DNA of 64,000 bases from Thermoplasmatota archaeon (GCA_029762535.1 JARVGK010000006.1:1-64000), one strand, 5' to 3'; shown: positions 8,238 through 18,652, counted from the stretch's first letter. The notes: generated by a model not told the origin, from the sequence alone. Numbers and translations are program-made.

Positions 8238-11200
8238 CCCTTTTCTCATCGCTATCACGGCGATGACCGCTATCACCGCGATGACGAGGAGAATGATCGC
8301 GATCCAGATGAAGGGAAAGCCTTCCTCCTCCTCATCGTCCTGTCCGGAAGCGACCGAGAGCGTGCCCGATCCCCTTACGGAATGCGCCGATGCGGGATCG
8401 TCCTGCGATCCATACGCCCATATTATCGCGATATCATCCTTTATCTCCCTGTCGTATGAATCCGGGGTCACCTTGTTCCTCACGAACTCGATCGTGGTCC
8501 ATCCTCCCGCCTCCGATCCCCCGAACTCAAGGATGTCGTAAGTCCCGCCCAGGCTCGAATCCGGAGGATGAGGACCCGTCTCTCCTGTCGAGAAAGCGTC
8601 GATCACGTGGACATCGCCGTTTTCGTCCACCCATCCTATGATCATATCGGCATCCTTCATCCTCATCGTAGGTGAGAATCCCACCGCGACCCATCCGGTC
8701 GTTTTGGCCTTCATCGCCATTTTCACCTTCTCCCCTTCATAGGACCAATACAGGAGGTAATTCCCGCCATCGAAGGATAGCATGTTAGCGTACTCCCCTT
8801 CGGAAACGATCCCGTCTAACGTCGGTTCCGGGCCTGTTGTCGGCTCCTCCCCGAGCCGGATCGATCCCGACCCCCTATTCGTGTGCATGGCGGTGAACTC
8901 ATCCGTATCGGAGAAACCCCATATTATCGGTACAACCTCATCCGGCATCAGGTCCCTGTCGTAGAGATCCCCCGTCGATTGCTTTCTGACGAACTCGATC
9001 GTGGTCCATCCACCGCTCTCGCTCCCGCCATAAGATATGAGATCGTCCGTCCCCCCAAGCTGAGTGTCGGGAGGATGCGGCCCCGTCTCACCCGTGGAGA
9101 ACGCGTCCACCATGAACAGGTCGTCACCGACGACCCAGCCGAAGACCATGTCAGCATCCTTCATGCCGACGGTCGGCTTGAACCCTATCGATACCCAACC
9201 GGAGGCCTTCGCCATCATCGCGAGATGAATGTCATCTCCGGAAAGCTTCCAGTATAGCTTCATGTCCCCGGACGAATACTCCGCAGAATAGGCATACTCC
9301 CCATCGGTCACGATCCCGTCAAGCGTCCGCCTCGGATCGACGGGAGGGGTATGGGGCTCCTCCCACATCGAAAGGATGCCAGATCCTCTGAGTACGTGCT
9401 CGGAACTGAACTCGTCATCCGGCCCCAGGGCCCATATCACGGATACGTTGCCGTCGGTCGGGAACTCGAAATCATACTCATCATCTGTCACCAGCCTCCT
9501 CACGAACTCGATCACCGTTCTGCCATCGGCCTCCGTGCCTCCGAAAGCGAGGATATCGTCCTCACCTCCCAGCGTCGTATCGGGCGGGTGGGGGCCGTTT
9601 ATCCCTGTGGAGAACGCGTCCACGACATGGGCCCTCCCATCCTTCACCCAGCCGATGAGCATGTCAGCATCCTTCATTCCCATGGTGGGCTCGAAGCCTA
9701 TCGACACCCAACCCGTCGTGTTCCCGTCTAGCGCGATCGATAGATTGCCATCCTTCACGCTCCAGTGAACGAGCATCTCGGATCCCGAGAACGACGCCGA
9801 GAAATCGTATTCGCCTTCTGTGACGATCCCGTCGAGCAGCTCCCTGGGATCGGTCTCGTTCACGGGAGGCTCGTCCCCTATGAATATACTGCCGGAACCG
9901 CTGTGGATATGCATGGAAGTGAAATCGTCATCGGCTCCCATGGCCCATATGATGCTCAGCTCGGAGTCTAGCATTATCTCCTTGTCATAGGGATCCCCCG
10001 TTACCAGCTTCCGGCTGAACTCGATCACGGTTCCCTCCGAGGATCCCGTTCCTCCGTAGGTGAGGATGTCGTCCGTCCCTCCGAGGGTCGTGTCGGGAGG
10101 GTGAGGTCCGAAAACACCAGTGGAGTAAGCGTCGAGAACCGACGGGATACCGCCTGATACCCAGCCGAACACCATGTCGGCGTCCAGCATGACGTTCGTC
10201 GGCTCGAAGCCCACCGATATCCATCCTGATGTCCCTGCGGACATGCCCATCTTTATCTCGTCCCCGTCCACCATCCAGTGAAGTGTGAACCTGCCCCCGA
10301 ACTCCTTGGAAGCGTCGTATTCGCCGTCGGATATGACGCCGTCCTCTATCCATCTAGGATCCGTCTCATCAGGGATGAAGACCACATGGGCGCTCCCCCT
10401 CGAGGTATGAGCTGAATCGACCGCATCGGAGGATCCGATCCCCCAGATGACCGGTACAGACACCCCTTCGGGTATTGCGAAGTCGTAGGCGTCACCTGTA
10501 TCAAGAAGGCGGACGAACTCCAGAGTGGTCCAGCCGTCCTCCTCCGTGCCCCCGAACTCCATGATATCGTATGTCCCTAGAAGGTTCGTATCGGGAGGAT
10601 GCGGCCCATATACACCCGTGGAATACATGTCGAATACCATCACATCCGAGCCGGATACCCATCCGAAGAGCATGTCCGCGTCCTTCATGCCCTCGCTGGA
10701 GTTCAGACCCAGGGATATCCATCCGGTGCCCTTGCCCATGATCGCAAGGTGTATCATGTCGTCTGATACGTTCCAGTATAGGACGAACTCGTCCTCGGAG
10801 AGGACCTGCATGTGAGGATACTCGCCCTCTGAAACGATCCCGTCAAGGGTGGGGGAAGGTCCGGATATCTCGGCCTTGACCGCGATGGTATGGTTCAGAT
10901 ATCCCGGCACATATCCGGACCTGTTGGCTTTCATCCTCAGCACATCGTCCGTATCGATCTCGATATCGGGCGCTGTATAGTTGAAAGAGGCCGTTCCGTC
11001 CATGTTGTCGATGTAATTGGATATTGTACCGAGGTCCGAGGAGACCACGATATCAGCTCCGGATAACAGGTCGCTCCCCTCCATGACGCGCATGATGAAT
11101 GATACGGTGGTTTCCTCGTCGATCTCCTCCAGTTCCGGATCGATCTCTATGTATATCTGTCCCGGAGGGGGAGGGGTGGTGTCCCTGACCCTGAAGCCTA

Positions 11201-11852
11201 TGTCGAGGTATGCGTCCTCGTAACCCGTCCCGGTCGCGGTCACATTTATCTTGACATCGGTGTCCGTATCCACCTCGGGAGCGGTGTAGTCGAACGTGAA
11301 ATTGCCGTCCGAAACCTCGCTCGGGGCCCCCGCGGAGCCGTGGGTGGGAGTTAGTGTCAGCGAAGCCCCGGCAACGCTCTTCCCGTCCGAGGTCAGGTTG
11401 ATCTCGAAGGTGACGACGGAGTTCTCATCCATCGACCTCGGGCTCGGGCTGTATGATATCTTCATCGGAAGCTTTGGCTCTTTGACCTTTACCGACCCGG
11501 TGCCGCTGCCGCCAAGGTTACAGGTCGCCGTGGCGTTGAGGTATTCCCCGTCCTTGGCGCTGATGTTGTACTTGTAGGAGAACGTGTTCGTGGTCGGCTG
11601 CGAGGTGTAGGTGACGGTCCTGTTCAGAACGCTGTTGCGGTAGATCTTCACATCCTGAATGTAGTGGGTGTTCGCGTTCGTTACCGAATGGCTTATCGTC
11701 ACCGTCAGCTCCTGCTTGTCGAAATCGTATGATGCGGAAACGCTCGATGGCGCATGCCCCAATGCCGCAAAATTGAAGGCTAACCCAGCAAAGACCGCGG
11801 CTGAGATCATCATCATCGCAATGACCGTTCTATATCCGTTAGATATTTTCAT
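8205..11852 (-). CDS. Membrane-anchored protein with an N-terminal SOR-like domain, Ig-like domains and five tandem DOMON domains
   Basis: Signal peptide; five repeats of W...GW.S.GF/GL...M.DADM..GWV...GPHPPD...EF.R...IWA/G...H..xG; C-terminal TM followed by RK. Confidence 0.85.
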   Translation of the reverse strand: MKISNGYRTVIAMMMISAAVFAGLAFNFAALGHAPSSVSASYDFDKQELTVTISHSVTNANTHYIQDVKIYRNSVLNRTVTYTSQPTTNTFSYKYNISAKDGEYLNATATCNLGGSGTGSVKVKEPKLPMKISYSPSPRSMDENSVVTFEINLTSDGKSVAGASLTLTPTHGSAGAPSEVSDGNFTFDYTAPEVDTDTDVKINVTATGTGYEDAYLDIGFRVRDTTPPPPGQIYIEIDPELEEIDEETTVSFIMRVMEGSDLLSGADIVVSSDLGTISNYIDNMDGTASFNYTAPDIEIDTDDVLRMKANRSGYVPGYLNHTIAVKAEISGPSPTLDGIVSEGEYPHMQVLSEDEFVLYWNVSDDMIHLAIMGKGTGWISLGLNSSEGMKDADMLFGWVSGSDVMVFDMYSTGVYGPHPPDTNLLGTYDIMEFGGTEEDGWTTLEFVRLLDTGDAYDFAIPEGVSVPVIWGIGSSDAVDSAHTSRGSAHVVFIPDETDPRWIEDGVISDGEYDASKEFGGRFTLHWMVDGDEIKMGMSAGTSGWISVGFEPTNVMLDADMVFGWVSGGIPSVLDAYSTGVFGPHPPDTTLGGTDDILTYGGTGSSEGTVIEFSRKLVTGDPYDKEIMLDSELSIIWAMGADDDFTSMHIHSGSGSIFIGDEPPVNETDPRELLDGIVTEGEYDFSASFSGSEMLVHWSVKDGNLSIALDGNTTGWVSIGFEPTMGMKDADMLIGWVKDGRAHVVDAFSTGINGPHPPDTTLGGEDDILAFGGTEADGRTVIEFVRRLVTDDEYDFEFPTDGNVSVIWALGPDDEFSSEHVLRGSGILSMWEEPHTPPVDPRRTLDGIVTDGEYAYSAEYSSGDMKLYWKLSGDDIHLAMMAKASGWVSIGFKPTVGMKDADMVFGWVVGDDLFMVDAFSTGETGPHPPDTQLGGTDDLISYGGSESGGWTTIEFVRKQSTGDLYDRDLMPDEVVPIIWGFSDTDEFTAMHTNRGSGSIRLGEEPTTGPEPTLDGIVSEGEYANMLSFDGGNYLLYWSYEGEKVKMAMKAKTTGWVAVGFSPTMRMKDADMIIGWVDENGDVHVIDAFSTGETGPHPPDSSLGGTYDILEFGGSEAGGWTTIEFVRNKVTPDSYDREIKDDIAIIWAYGSQDDPASAHSVRGSGTLSVASGQDDEEEEGFPFIWIAIILLVIAVIAVIAVIAMRKGSKNGIPSSEE

Positions 11853-11972
11853 CTGATTGCCCCCGATTTAATGGTGTTTCAGCTTTATTTTATATCTACT
11901 TTTAGGCTTATTATTGCCGATGGAGAGTGATCTGCCGCTCTCATGATGTCAGATCTTAATAGTCGGATTACA

Positions 11973-12251
11973 CTATTCCTCTTCATCAGAACGCTTGCGC
12001 TTCAATACGAAAAAGGCCAGGACGATCAATGTCATTAGTATCATCGATCCTGCTTTGAACGTGACGGTCGCACCTATGTCGATGAACGTTGCGCCCCCGA
12101 GCTCGTAGTTCCCCGGGCCGTATTCCGTATCAGCATCGATAAGATCGGGCAGCAGTGTCCTTAAGGGGGCCGGATCTCCGGACGCATCAAGAGAAGAGAG
12201 CATCCCCGATAGGATGAAAAAAACACTCACCGCTACAATCAATGACCTCAT
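11973..12251 (-). pseudogene. Internally deleted surface-protein remnant (or very small secreted membrane protein)
   Basis: SD GAGGTG, signal peptide and the start of a beta-rich domain (GPGNYELGGATFIDIGATVTFKAGS), joined directly to a short TM plus KRKRSDEEE tail like those of neighbouring large surface proteins. Confidence 0.5.
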
Positions 12252-12443
12252 GGTCCCACCTCGTGCAAAAGGCCCTATCTTTGTGCAATAGAGAGTATTG
12301 TTCTTATGATTATTTAATCATTACCAGGGCCTTTATATGGCCTGTTCCATTTGTTGTTTCTCACCGATCCATACTATCCGGGATCGCCCGCTAACCCCGC
12401 ATGGAGAGTCTGGATGTTACAATATTTTTTTCATGGAACGAAC

Positions 12444-12698
12444 CTACCTGTATCCTCTCCCCCTTCTGAACGCCTCATCTATCCATACAGTATCATCATC
12501 GACGAAGTACTCGAACCTGTGATCACCGATCCTGAGGCGAAACATGTCTCGCTCTTTTCCCGATAGTTTCTTTATATCAGCGCCGCTCCTATTGGTGAAC
12601 GGATCATCCTCGAGAGCCTTCAAATGTTCTACGATCCTCTCTTTATCCCCGGATCCATTGATGTATTTTACCACACGGGGATGAACTGCGATCTTCAT
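12444..12698 (-). CDS. relE: RelE/ParE family toxin
   Basis: 84 aa with DIKKLSG...FRLRIGDHR and a C-terminal R..GY, typical of RelE. Confidence 0.85.
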   Translation of the reverse strand: MKIAVHPRVVKYINGSGDKERIVEHLKALEDDPFTNRSGADIKKLSGKERDMFRLRIGDHRFEYFVDDDTVWIDEAFRRGRGYR

Positions 12699-12896
12699 CT
12701 ATATCTCATCCAGTGGAATATAATCGCCCTTTTCCTTCTGAAGCCTCATCCACCTGTCCCTGATCATCTCTTCGAGGTTCATCTCCTCGCAATATGTCAG
12801 TAGCCTTTCGACTATATCGTTGTAGGTCTCACCCTTGTGTCCGAACTTCTTGAGTGACTCCCGGGTTCCTTTATCTAATTGGATGGTGGTCATCAT
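12699..12896 (-). CDS. Antitoxin (archaeal RHH-like)
   Basis: 65 aa, MTTIQLDKGTRESLKKFG.KGETYNDIVERLL...YIPLDEI, directly upstream of relE. Confidence 0.75.
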   Translation of the reverse strand: MMTTIQLDKGTRESLKKFGHKGETYNDIVERLLTYCEEMNLEEMIRDRWMRLQKEKGDYIPLDEI

Positions 12897-12907
12897 TTTA
12901 TCACTTT

Positions 12908-12938
12908 ATAATGGTTATATGATATATATAACTATTAT
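12908..12938. promoter_or_regulatory. Inverted-repeat operator/promoter of the relE TA operon
   Basis: ATAATGGTTATAT-N5-ATATAACTATTAT, 13-bp arms with 1 mismatch, directly upstream of the antitoxin start. Confidence 0.6.
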
Positions 12939-12948
12939 GTTTCTACCA

Positions 12949-15705
12949 TCACTTTTCGAAGGATCCGGGATCGAGACATTCCTTACCGAACTTTGCTATC
13001 TCCTCTCCCTTGAACTTCCTTCTGTAGATGTGATTACCCCTCAGCCAGAGGATCAAAAGGGTCGGAAGAACGAAAACGGAAGCCAGGAACGCGAACAGGA
13101 CCGATATCGCGGTGACCTGACCGAACTGAGCCAGAGGCGGTATGATGGCGAACGAGAGTATGGCAAAACCGATGACCGTCGTCATCATGGAACCGAACAG
13201 TGCGCTCCCTGTATGGCTTACCGCTGCGGATAGGGCGCATACCGGATCCGATATCCTGTCGATATCCTCCAGGAACCTCTGTGTGATGTGTATCCCGTAA
13301 TCGATCCCGAGCCCCACGGTGATCGCAGAGATCGTCACCGTCACCACGTTCAGCGGTATTCCGAAATAATGCATACCGCCAGTCGTCCATGCTATGACCA
13401 TCACGAGCGGGAGGAGGGTCATCATTCCGAGGAACAATGACCTGCGTGTGATCAGAAATATCAAAGTGAGTATTATCAAAGAGACGATGAAGGTCACGCC
13501 CACAGACCTTATCTGCCCCCCCGCGATGGACTCGAGTACCGCCTGCTGGACGAGTGGGGCGCCGGTCGGAGTGACGCTCTTAAGCGGCCCGCCTTCGAGC
13601 TCCTTCAAGGGGCCAGCTGCGAATATAACCTGGTCCCTGACCTGTTCGGACCTCGATCCACCTCTGCTGTTTACCGGGATCCTCATCACCATCCCGTTGT
13701 ATCCTTCCTCTTCCTTTATTATCAGCCTCGAGGCCCTGTCCGGGTAGGTATCGAGCATCAGATCGTAAACAGCGCTGACGTTTCCTCTGGTAATATCATC
13801 ATCAAGGACCGAATCGAAATCCCTGTCCAGATTCAGATGCCATGTCTCTGAAAAGTCCGGATCGTACGAGGGGGAGGATGGGTCTGAAAGGGATCTTCCC
13901 AATTCAAGAACGGACCCGAACTGTTGGGCCGACACAACATCCTTCCCCTGGACGGCCCTTTCTTTGACCGCCACTAAAGCGTAGAGGACCGCGGGATCCG
14001 AGACGTCTCCCTCGATCAAAATGTATGCTTCCTCCGAGGAAAAATCGAAATCGTCAACGACCGACCTCACAGCAGAGGTGATCTCAAGATCAGAAGGTAG
14101 GAAATCCCTGAAGTCGAACTGGGCCTCAAGCTGTATCCCTCCGTATATTCCCACCCCGGTCATCAGGAGCACCACGGGAAGAACGAGATAGGGTCTCATG
14201 GCGAGATATGACCCGGAAGAGAGGACCCTGATCAGCGATATAGAACCCTCAGGCTTTACAAGATGGGGGGCATCTATCCCCAATCTTCTCGCCCTATCTC
14301 CAGCCCACCCCCATATGCCGTTACCGGACCCCCTCTCCTTTACCAGTGGTCTGCCCAGCCTTTCCTTCCTCCTGTCGCGCAGGACCCGCGCTGCAGGAAC
14401 GAAGGTCATCATTATCACGAAGGCTGATAATATCCCCACCGCGTTTAGGATCCCGAAAACCCTGATGCCCGGCGAGGAGGCAGTGACGCTTGAGAGGAAC
14501 CCAACAAGGGTCGTCACCGTAGCAAGAAGAATCGCAAAACCAACCGACGCCTCCGCCGCGCTTACGGCCTCTCTCACCTTCTTACCCTTGCGCACCTCCT
14601 CGCGGTATCTTAGCGTCAGATGTATCCCGTAATCTATTCCCAAAGCGATAACAAGGACCGGAACGGTGGTCAATGAGGGGTTGTTGTCAAAACCAAGCAT
14701 ACCCCCCGCTCCGAAAACCCAGATCACCGCCATGAAGAGGGCGATCACGTTTATGGCGATCTCGAAAGCATCCCTGAACACGAAAACAAGAACGACTATG
14801 ACCATCACGAGAGCGAGCAGGAACAGTATCCCCATAGATCGCCCGGAAGCCTCGCTTATCCTCTCGCTTAAGAGCTCGTCGCCTATTGTGATGAAACTTA
14901 TGCCATCTACCTCGATATCCCCGACAATGGCATCGATCTCCTTTTCGGCCCTAAGCTTTTCGGACGGTTCGAGATCGTCCCTCAGCGATATTGAAATGAG
15001 TCCCTTCTCAGAGGAGCCGGGACCGGGATCGAAATCCTTTGAAAGAATGAATTCTAGCGACCGGGCCATGGGCGCGGATCCCATCAGATAGGATATATCC
15101 GAAGGATCGTATGGATCGAACGTCATAACAACGGGCATTGTGAAACAATCGATAACCATGAGGATCTCCCCGCCCTGGATGACGGTCCTCATCTCGTCGT
15201 GGGTGAGGGAGAATCCCTTGGAAATGAAAGCGTTCATAAGCTTCTCCTCTTCGAGGCAGGACATGTTCGAGGACATCCCCGCTATCAATTGAGGGGCGAC
15301 CTCCATCGTCTTCACGTAGAATAGGGATTGGACAAGGACGGATGCGGGGCTTAAGACAGGTGAAGTGCCGTCTGGGGGGTAGAATAAAGCCCTCTCTGCC
15401 TCTGAGGAGAATATACCCTCGGAGATATCGATCTGCGCCAGGATCGAGCCAGGATCCAAAACGTTGGTATCGGCCTTAATAAGGATGGATATCCTCCCGA
15501 TAGAGGATCCGAACTCCTCGTTCACCAACGTGTTCGCCCTGGATACCTCGTCGTCCGGAGTGAAGGCGTTCTCCTCCGTGGATTGCTCGAAGTACTGGGA
15601 GAAATATCCCATTACTATCGTTATGACCACTATGGTCGTAATGTAGGCCCATGGCCTTTTCGATATCGACCTGCCCAATATCTCAAGAATTCTCATTCGC
15701 CTCAT
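12949..15705 (-). CDS. MMPL/RND family transporter
   Basis: Two GLGIDYGIH-type motifs and two TM bundles separated by large extracytoplasmic loops. Confidence 0.9.
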   Translation of the reverse strand: MRRMRILEILGRSISKRPWAYITTIVVITIVMGYFSQYFEQSTEENAFTPDDEVSRANTLVNEEFGSSIGRISILIKADTNVLDPGSILAQIDISEGIFSSEAERALFYPPDGTSPVLSPASVLVQSLFYVKTMEVAPQLIAGMSSNMSCLEEEKLMNAFISKGFSLTHDEMRTVIQGGEILMVIDCFTMPVVMTFDPYDPSDISYLMGSAPMARSLEFILSKDFDPGPGSSEKGLISISLRDDLEPSEKLRAEKEIDAIVGDIEVDGISFITIGDELLSERISEASGRSMGILFLLALVMVIVVLVFVFRDAFEIAINVIALFMAVIWVFGAGGMLGFDNNPSLTTVPVLVIALGIDYGIHLTLRYREEVRKGKKVREAVSAAEASVGFAILLATVTTLVGFLSSVTASSPGIRVFGILNAVGILSAFVIMMTFVPAARVLRDRRKERLGRPLVKERGSGNGIWGWAGDRARRLGIDAPHLVKPEGSISLIRVLSSGSYLAMRPYLVLPVVLLMTGVGIYGGIQLEAQFDFRDFLPSDLEITSAVRSVVDDFDFSSEEAYILIEGDVSDPAVLYALVAVKERAVQGKDVVSAQQFGSVLELGRSLSDPSSPSYDPDFSETWHLNLDRDFDSVLDDDITRGNVSAVYDLMLDTYPDRASRLIIKEEEGYNGMVMRIPVNSRGGSRSEQVRDQVIFAAGPLKELEGGPLKSVTPTGAPLVQQAVLESIAGGQIRSVGVTFIVSLIILTLIFLITRRSLFLGMMTLLPLVMVIAWTTGGMHYFGIPLNVVTVTISAITVGLGIDYGIHITQRFLEDIDRISDPVCALSAAVSHTGSALFGSMMTTVIGFAILSFAIIPPLAQFGQVTAISVLFAFLASVFVLPTLLILWLRGNHIYRRKFKGEEIAKFGKECLDPGSFEK

Positions 15706-15880
15706 ACCCTTTGTCCTTTATAGATATGAACAACATAGGGAGGTATATAACTGGATTTCCATAAATGTAAGGGCAATATCGTGAATTTCCTGTGATAGTT
15801 CCCATTGTGAAATATCATGGCAGCTTTGGTGATATCGACCAAAGTTCGTTGGACCCTATCTATGCAATATTTGAGGTGGT

Positions 15881-18652
15881 TCATTCTTCATCTTTTGATC
15901 CCTTCCTCCTGCTTTTTAATATGAGAAAGAGCAGGAACCCAACAACGGCGATCAAAAAGACGGAGACCGTCAGTGAAGAGCATGCGATAAGGATTATCCC
16001 TCTGTCCCATGTCTCGGGATCCTGCGCCTCGCCATCCTCGGCCTCCACATCCAGGGTGAACTTATGCCATATGACGCTCTCCCCGTCCGTCGCCGTCAGA
16101 TCCACGATATACGTCCCGGGGGCTGGATCCTGATACCTGATGATCCCCGACACGGACATGACGGTTATTCCGGACGATGGGGTGCTGGATATGGAATAGG
16201 TGATCACATCGCCGGGATCCACGTCCAAGGCAAGGCATTCCGCCATGTAGTCCTGTCCCTCGCGAACGGTGGCATTAGCGGGCACGGTGAGCCAATACGG
16301 GGGATCGTTCACGTCGATGACATCAAGGCGGAACTCGATAATATCAAAACCCCCCTCCCCGTCCCTGACGGTGATCCTCAAATCGTATCTTCCGACATCA
16401 TCGTTGGTCGGCACACCAGAGACCAGGTCATCTTCGAGAGATAACCATTCGGCATCCGTGACGAGTTCCCAGGTCAAGACCGTCTCCACCGGATCGATGT
16501 CGTAGGCCTCAAGGCGAAGGGAATATCGCTCGTCCTGTGATACAGAAGTAATCGGAGTGGTCGTTATCACAGGGGGATCGTTCACGTTCATCGCCTCCAG
16601 GGTGAAGTTCAGATGATCGTACCCTTCGTTACCGTCCTCAACTGTGACATTGACACAAAATATTCCGACATCGTCGTTCGTGGGAGTCCCGTTCAGGTAA
16701 TCACCTTCCAATGAGAGCCAGCCCGCATCCGTGGACACCGAGAACGACAGAATATCCCCGGTGGGATCCATGTCGTACGCCTCGAGATGAAGGGAATACA
16801 TCTCGTCTTGAAGAACGCTCGTTATCGGTATGGTCGTTATCACCGGGGGATCGTTGACGTTCAATACATCCAATGTGAAGTTGAGGTTGTCCCATCCCCC
16901 GTTCCCGTCTTCCACGGTGATGTTCACCCAATAGGAACCGACATCTTCGTTCGAGGGAGTCCCGTTCAGGTAATTACCTTCCATTGAGAGCCAGTCGGCA
17001 TCGGTGGATACCGAGAACGCCAGTACATCCCCGGTGGGATCTATATCGTAGGCCTCCAGATGCAGGGAGTACTCCTCATCCTGAAGAACACTAGTAACCG
17101 GTACGGTCGTTATGACCGGAGGATCGTTGACGTTCACCACTTCCAGTACGAACGTCTTTGTGGTAACTCTTCCACCTGAGTCCTGTGCGTTGATGTTGAT
17201 GTGGAAGGAGCCTACTTGTTCGTTCTCCGGGATGGCGCTCAGCGACCCTCCAGGCGAGATCGATATCCAATCGATTCCCGGATCCATCGACATGGTGAAG
17301 TTATCGATCATTCCGGGGGTGTCGAATATTCGGACATGGGGAGACAGATCGAAAGAATAGGGTTCGTCCTCAAAGGCCGGGGGGATCCTCCCGATCGTGA
17401 ATACGGGCGCATGCTCCGTCTCCCTCAGGAAGGGATAGCTTTCACCCTCAATGATATTCCATGTATCCACCATGTCCCAGGTGGATGAGGCGAACGTGGC
17501 AGAGCTTTTCATCAGGTACGTGCTCCTCCCGGCCCCCGAAGCGCTGGTGGTCCATCCGGATGTCTCGTTGTCGAAGAAGGAGTAAGGTGCGCCACCTCCG
17601 GAACCGATCAGGCCTCCAGTGTGAGATCCGCCCGTTACCTTACCAACGCTGTAGCAGCGTGTCACGGTACTGCTTGTACCTACCAAACCTCCGACAAGAT
17701 AGGTGCCAGTGACGTTCCCGGAGGCGTAGCAGTCGAAAACGGAGGAAGAGCTGAAGCCTATGAGACCGCCGATATCCGTTTTGGTCGAATAAACCTCCGA
17801 GGTCGAATAGCTCTTCCTGACCTGACTTGAATAAGAATAACCTATCAAGCCCCCGGTGAACGTTCCACCCTCCGCCTTTCCGGATGAACTGCAGAGCATA
17901 ACCTGACCGCTGGTGAGCTTCCCGATCAATCCTCCGACGTGATCGCCTGCGCTCCTGACGTCCGATCGGGAGTACGAACCCTCTATGATCCCGCCGGAGC
18001 CCTCCCCGATCAATCCTCCGATCGATGAACCGCCCGAACCATCCACCGTGCCCATCGCCGAGCATCCTTTCATACTTCCGGTGTTTAAGCCTACCAATCC
18101 ACCGCAGCGGGTCCTGCCCTTGACATCACCTATAAAATGAACGTTTACAAGCGTCCCCCTGTTGGTTCCGGTCAAGCCCCCTGCCGTGTTTTCACCCTCC
18201 ACGTAGGATACCTCCATCCTGAGGTTGGAGACCCTTCCGGAATCATCCACGTAAGCGAACATGCCCACATTGACAATGGATGAATCGTTGATGTAGAGTC
18301 CATACACCGTATGGTTCCTGCCGTTTAGGGATCCCTCAAAAGGGTCCGTGGAGGACCCGATCGGCCTGAACCCCTTACCAGACCGCCATGCGACGGTCTC
18401 AGCGGCTTCGATGTCGTTCGCGAGAGCGTAATGGCCATCCAGGTCCTCCGAGATCATCTGAAGATGGGTCGCGTTCATAATTAGGTATGGATCTTCCATC
18501 GTCCCGGATCCCGATAGAGAGGACCATGCAATCGGTGCTAACTCATCAGGCGTATCGGCAGCTTGCAGGTTCGCCGATAGAAAAACCGTTCCAATTAACA
18601 TAACGAGCAATATACACATCGGCCTCATGGAAACGACCCGGCCTATTAGCAT
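15881..18652 (-). CDS. GLUG-motif and cadherin/putative-Ig repeat surface protein
   Basis: GSGT.EDPYLI start, GLUG repeats, NVNDPP...WLS...GTP.N.DVG repeats and a C-terminal TM. The start may be at 18628. Confidence 0.85.
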   Translation of the reverse strand: MLIGRVVSMRPMCILLVMLIGTVFLSANLQAADTPDELAPIAWSSLSGSGTMEDPYLIMNATHLQMISEDLDGHYALANDIEAAETVAWRSGKGFRPIGSSTDPFEGSLNGRNHTVYGLYINDSSIVNVGMFAYVDDSGRVSNLRMEVSYVEGENTAGGLTGTNRGTLVNVHFIGDVKGRTRCGGLVGLNTGSMKGCSAMGTVDGSGGSSIGGLIGEGSGGIIEGSYSRSDVRSAGDHVGGLIGKLTSGQVMLCSSSGKAEGGTFTGGLIGYSYSSQVRKSYSTSEVYSTKTDIGGLIGFSSSSVFDCYASGNVTGTYLVGGLVGTSSTVTRCYSVGKVTGGSHTGGLIGSGGGAPYSFFDNETSGWTTSASGAGRSTYLMKSSATFASSTWDMVDTWNIIEGESYPFLRETEHAPVFTIGRIPPAFEDEPYSFDLSPHVRIFDTPGMIDNFTMSMDPGIDWISISPGGSLSAIPENEQVGSFHININAQDSGGRVTTKTFVLEVVNVNDPPVITTVPVTSVLQDEEYSLHLEAYDIDPTGDVLAFSVSTDADWLSMEGNYLNGTPSNEDVGSYWVNITVEDGNGGWDNLNFTLDVLNVNDPPVITTIPITSVLQDEMYSLHLEAYDMDPTGDILSFSVSTDAGWLSLEGDYLNGTPTNDDVGIFCVNVTVEDGNEGYDHLNFTLEAMNVNDPPVITTTPITSVSQDERYSLRLEAYDIDPVETVLTWELVTDAEWLSLEDDLVSGVPTNDDVGRYDLRITVRDGEGGFDIIEFRLDVIDVNDPPYWLTVPANATVREGQDYMAECLALDVDPGDVITYSISSTPSSGITVMSVSGIIRYQDPAPGTYIVDLTATDGESVIWHKFTLDVEAEDGEAQDPETWDRGIILIACSSLTVSVFLIAVVGFLLFLILKSRRKGSKDEE
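16299..17135 (-). repeat. Intragenic tandem repeats, 273-bp (91-aa) period
   Basis: NDPP-coding motifs recur at about 16299, 16572, 16845 and 17118. Confidence 0.85.

Noticed and set aside
16299-17135. Regularly spaced repeats as a CRISPR array
   Set aside because: They are in-frame 273-bp protein domain repeats, with no short repeat-spacer structure and no cas genes.
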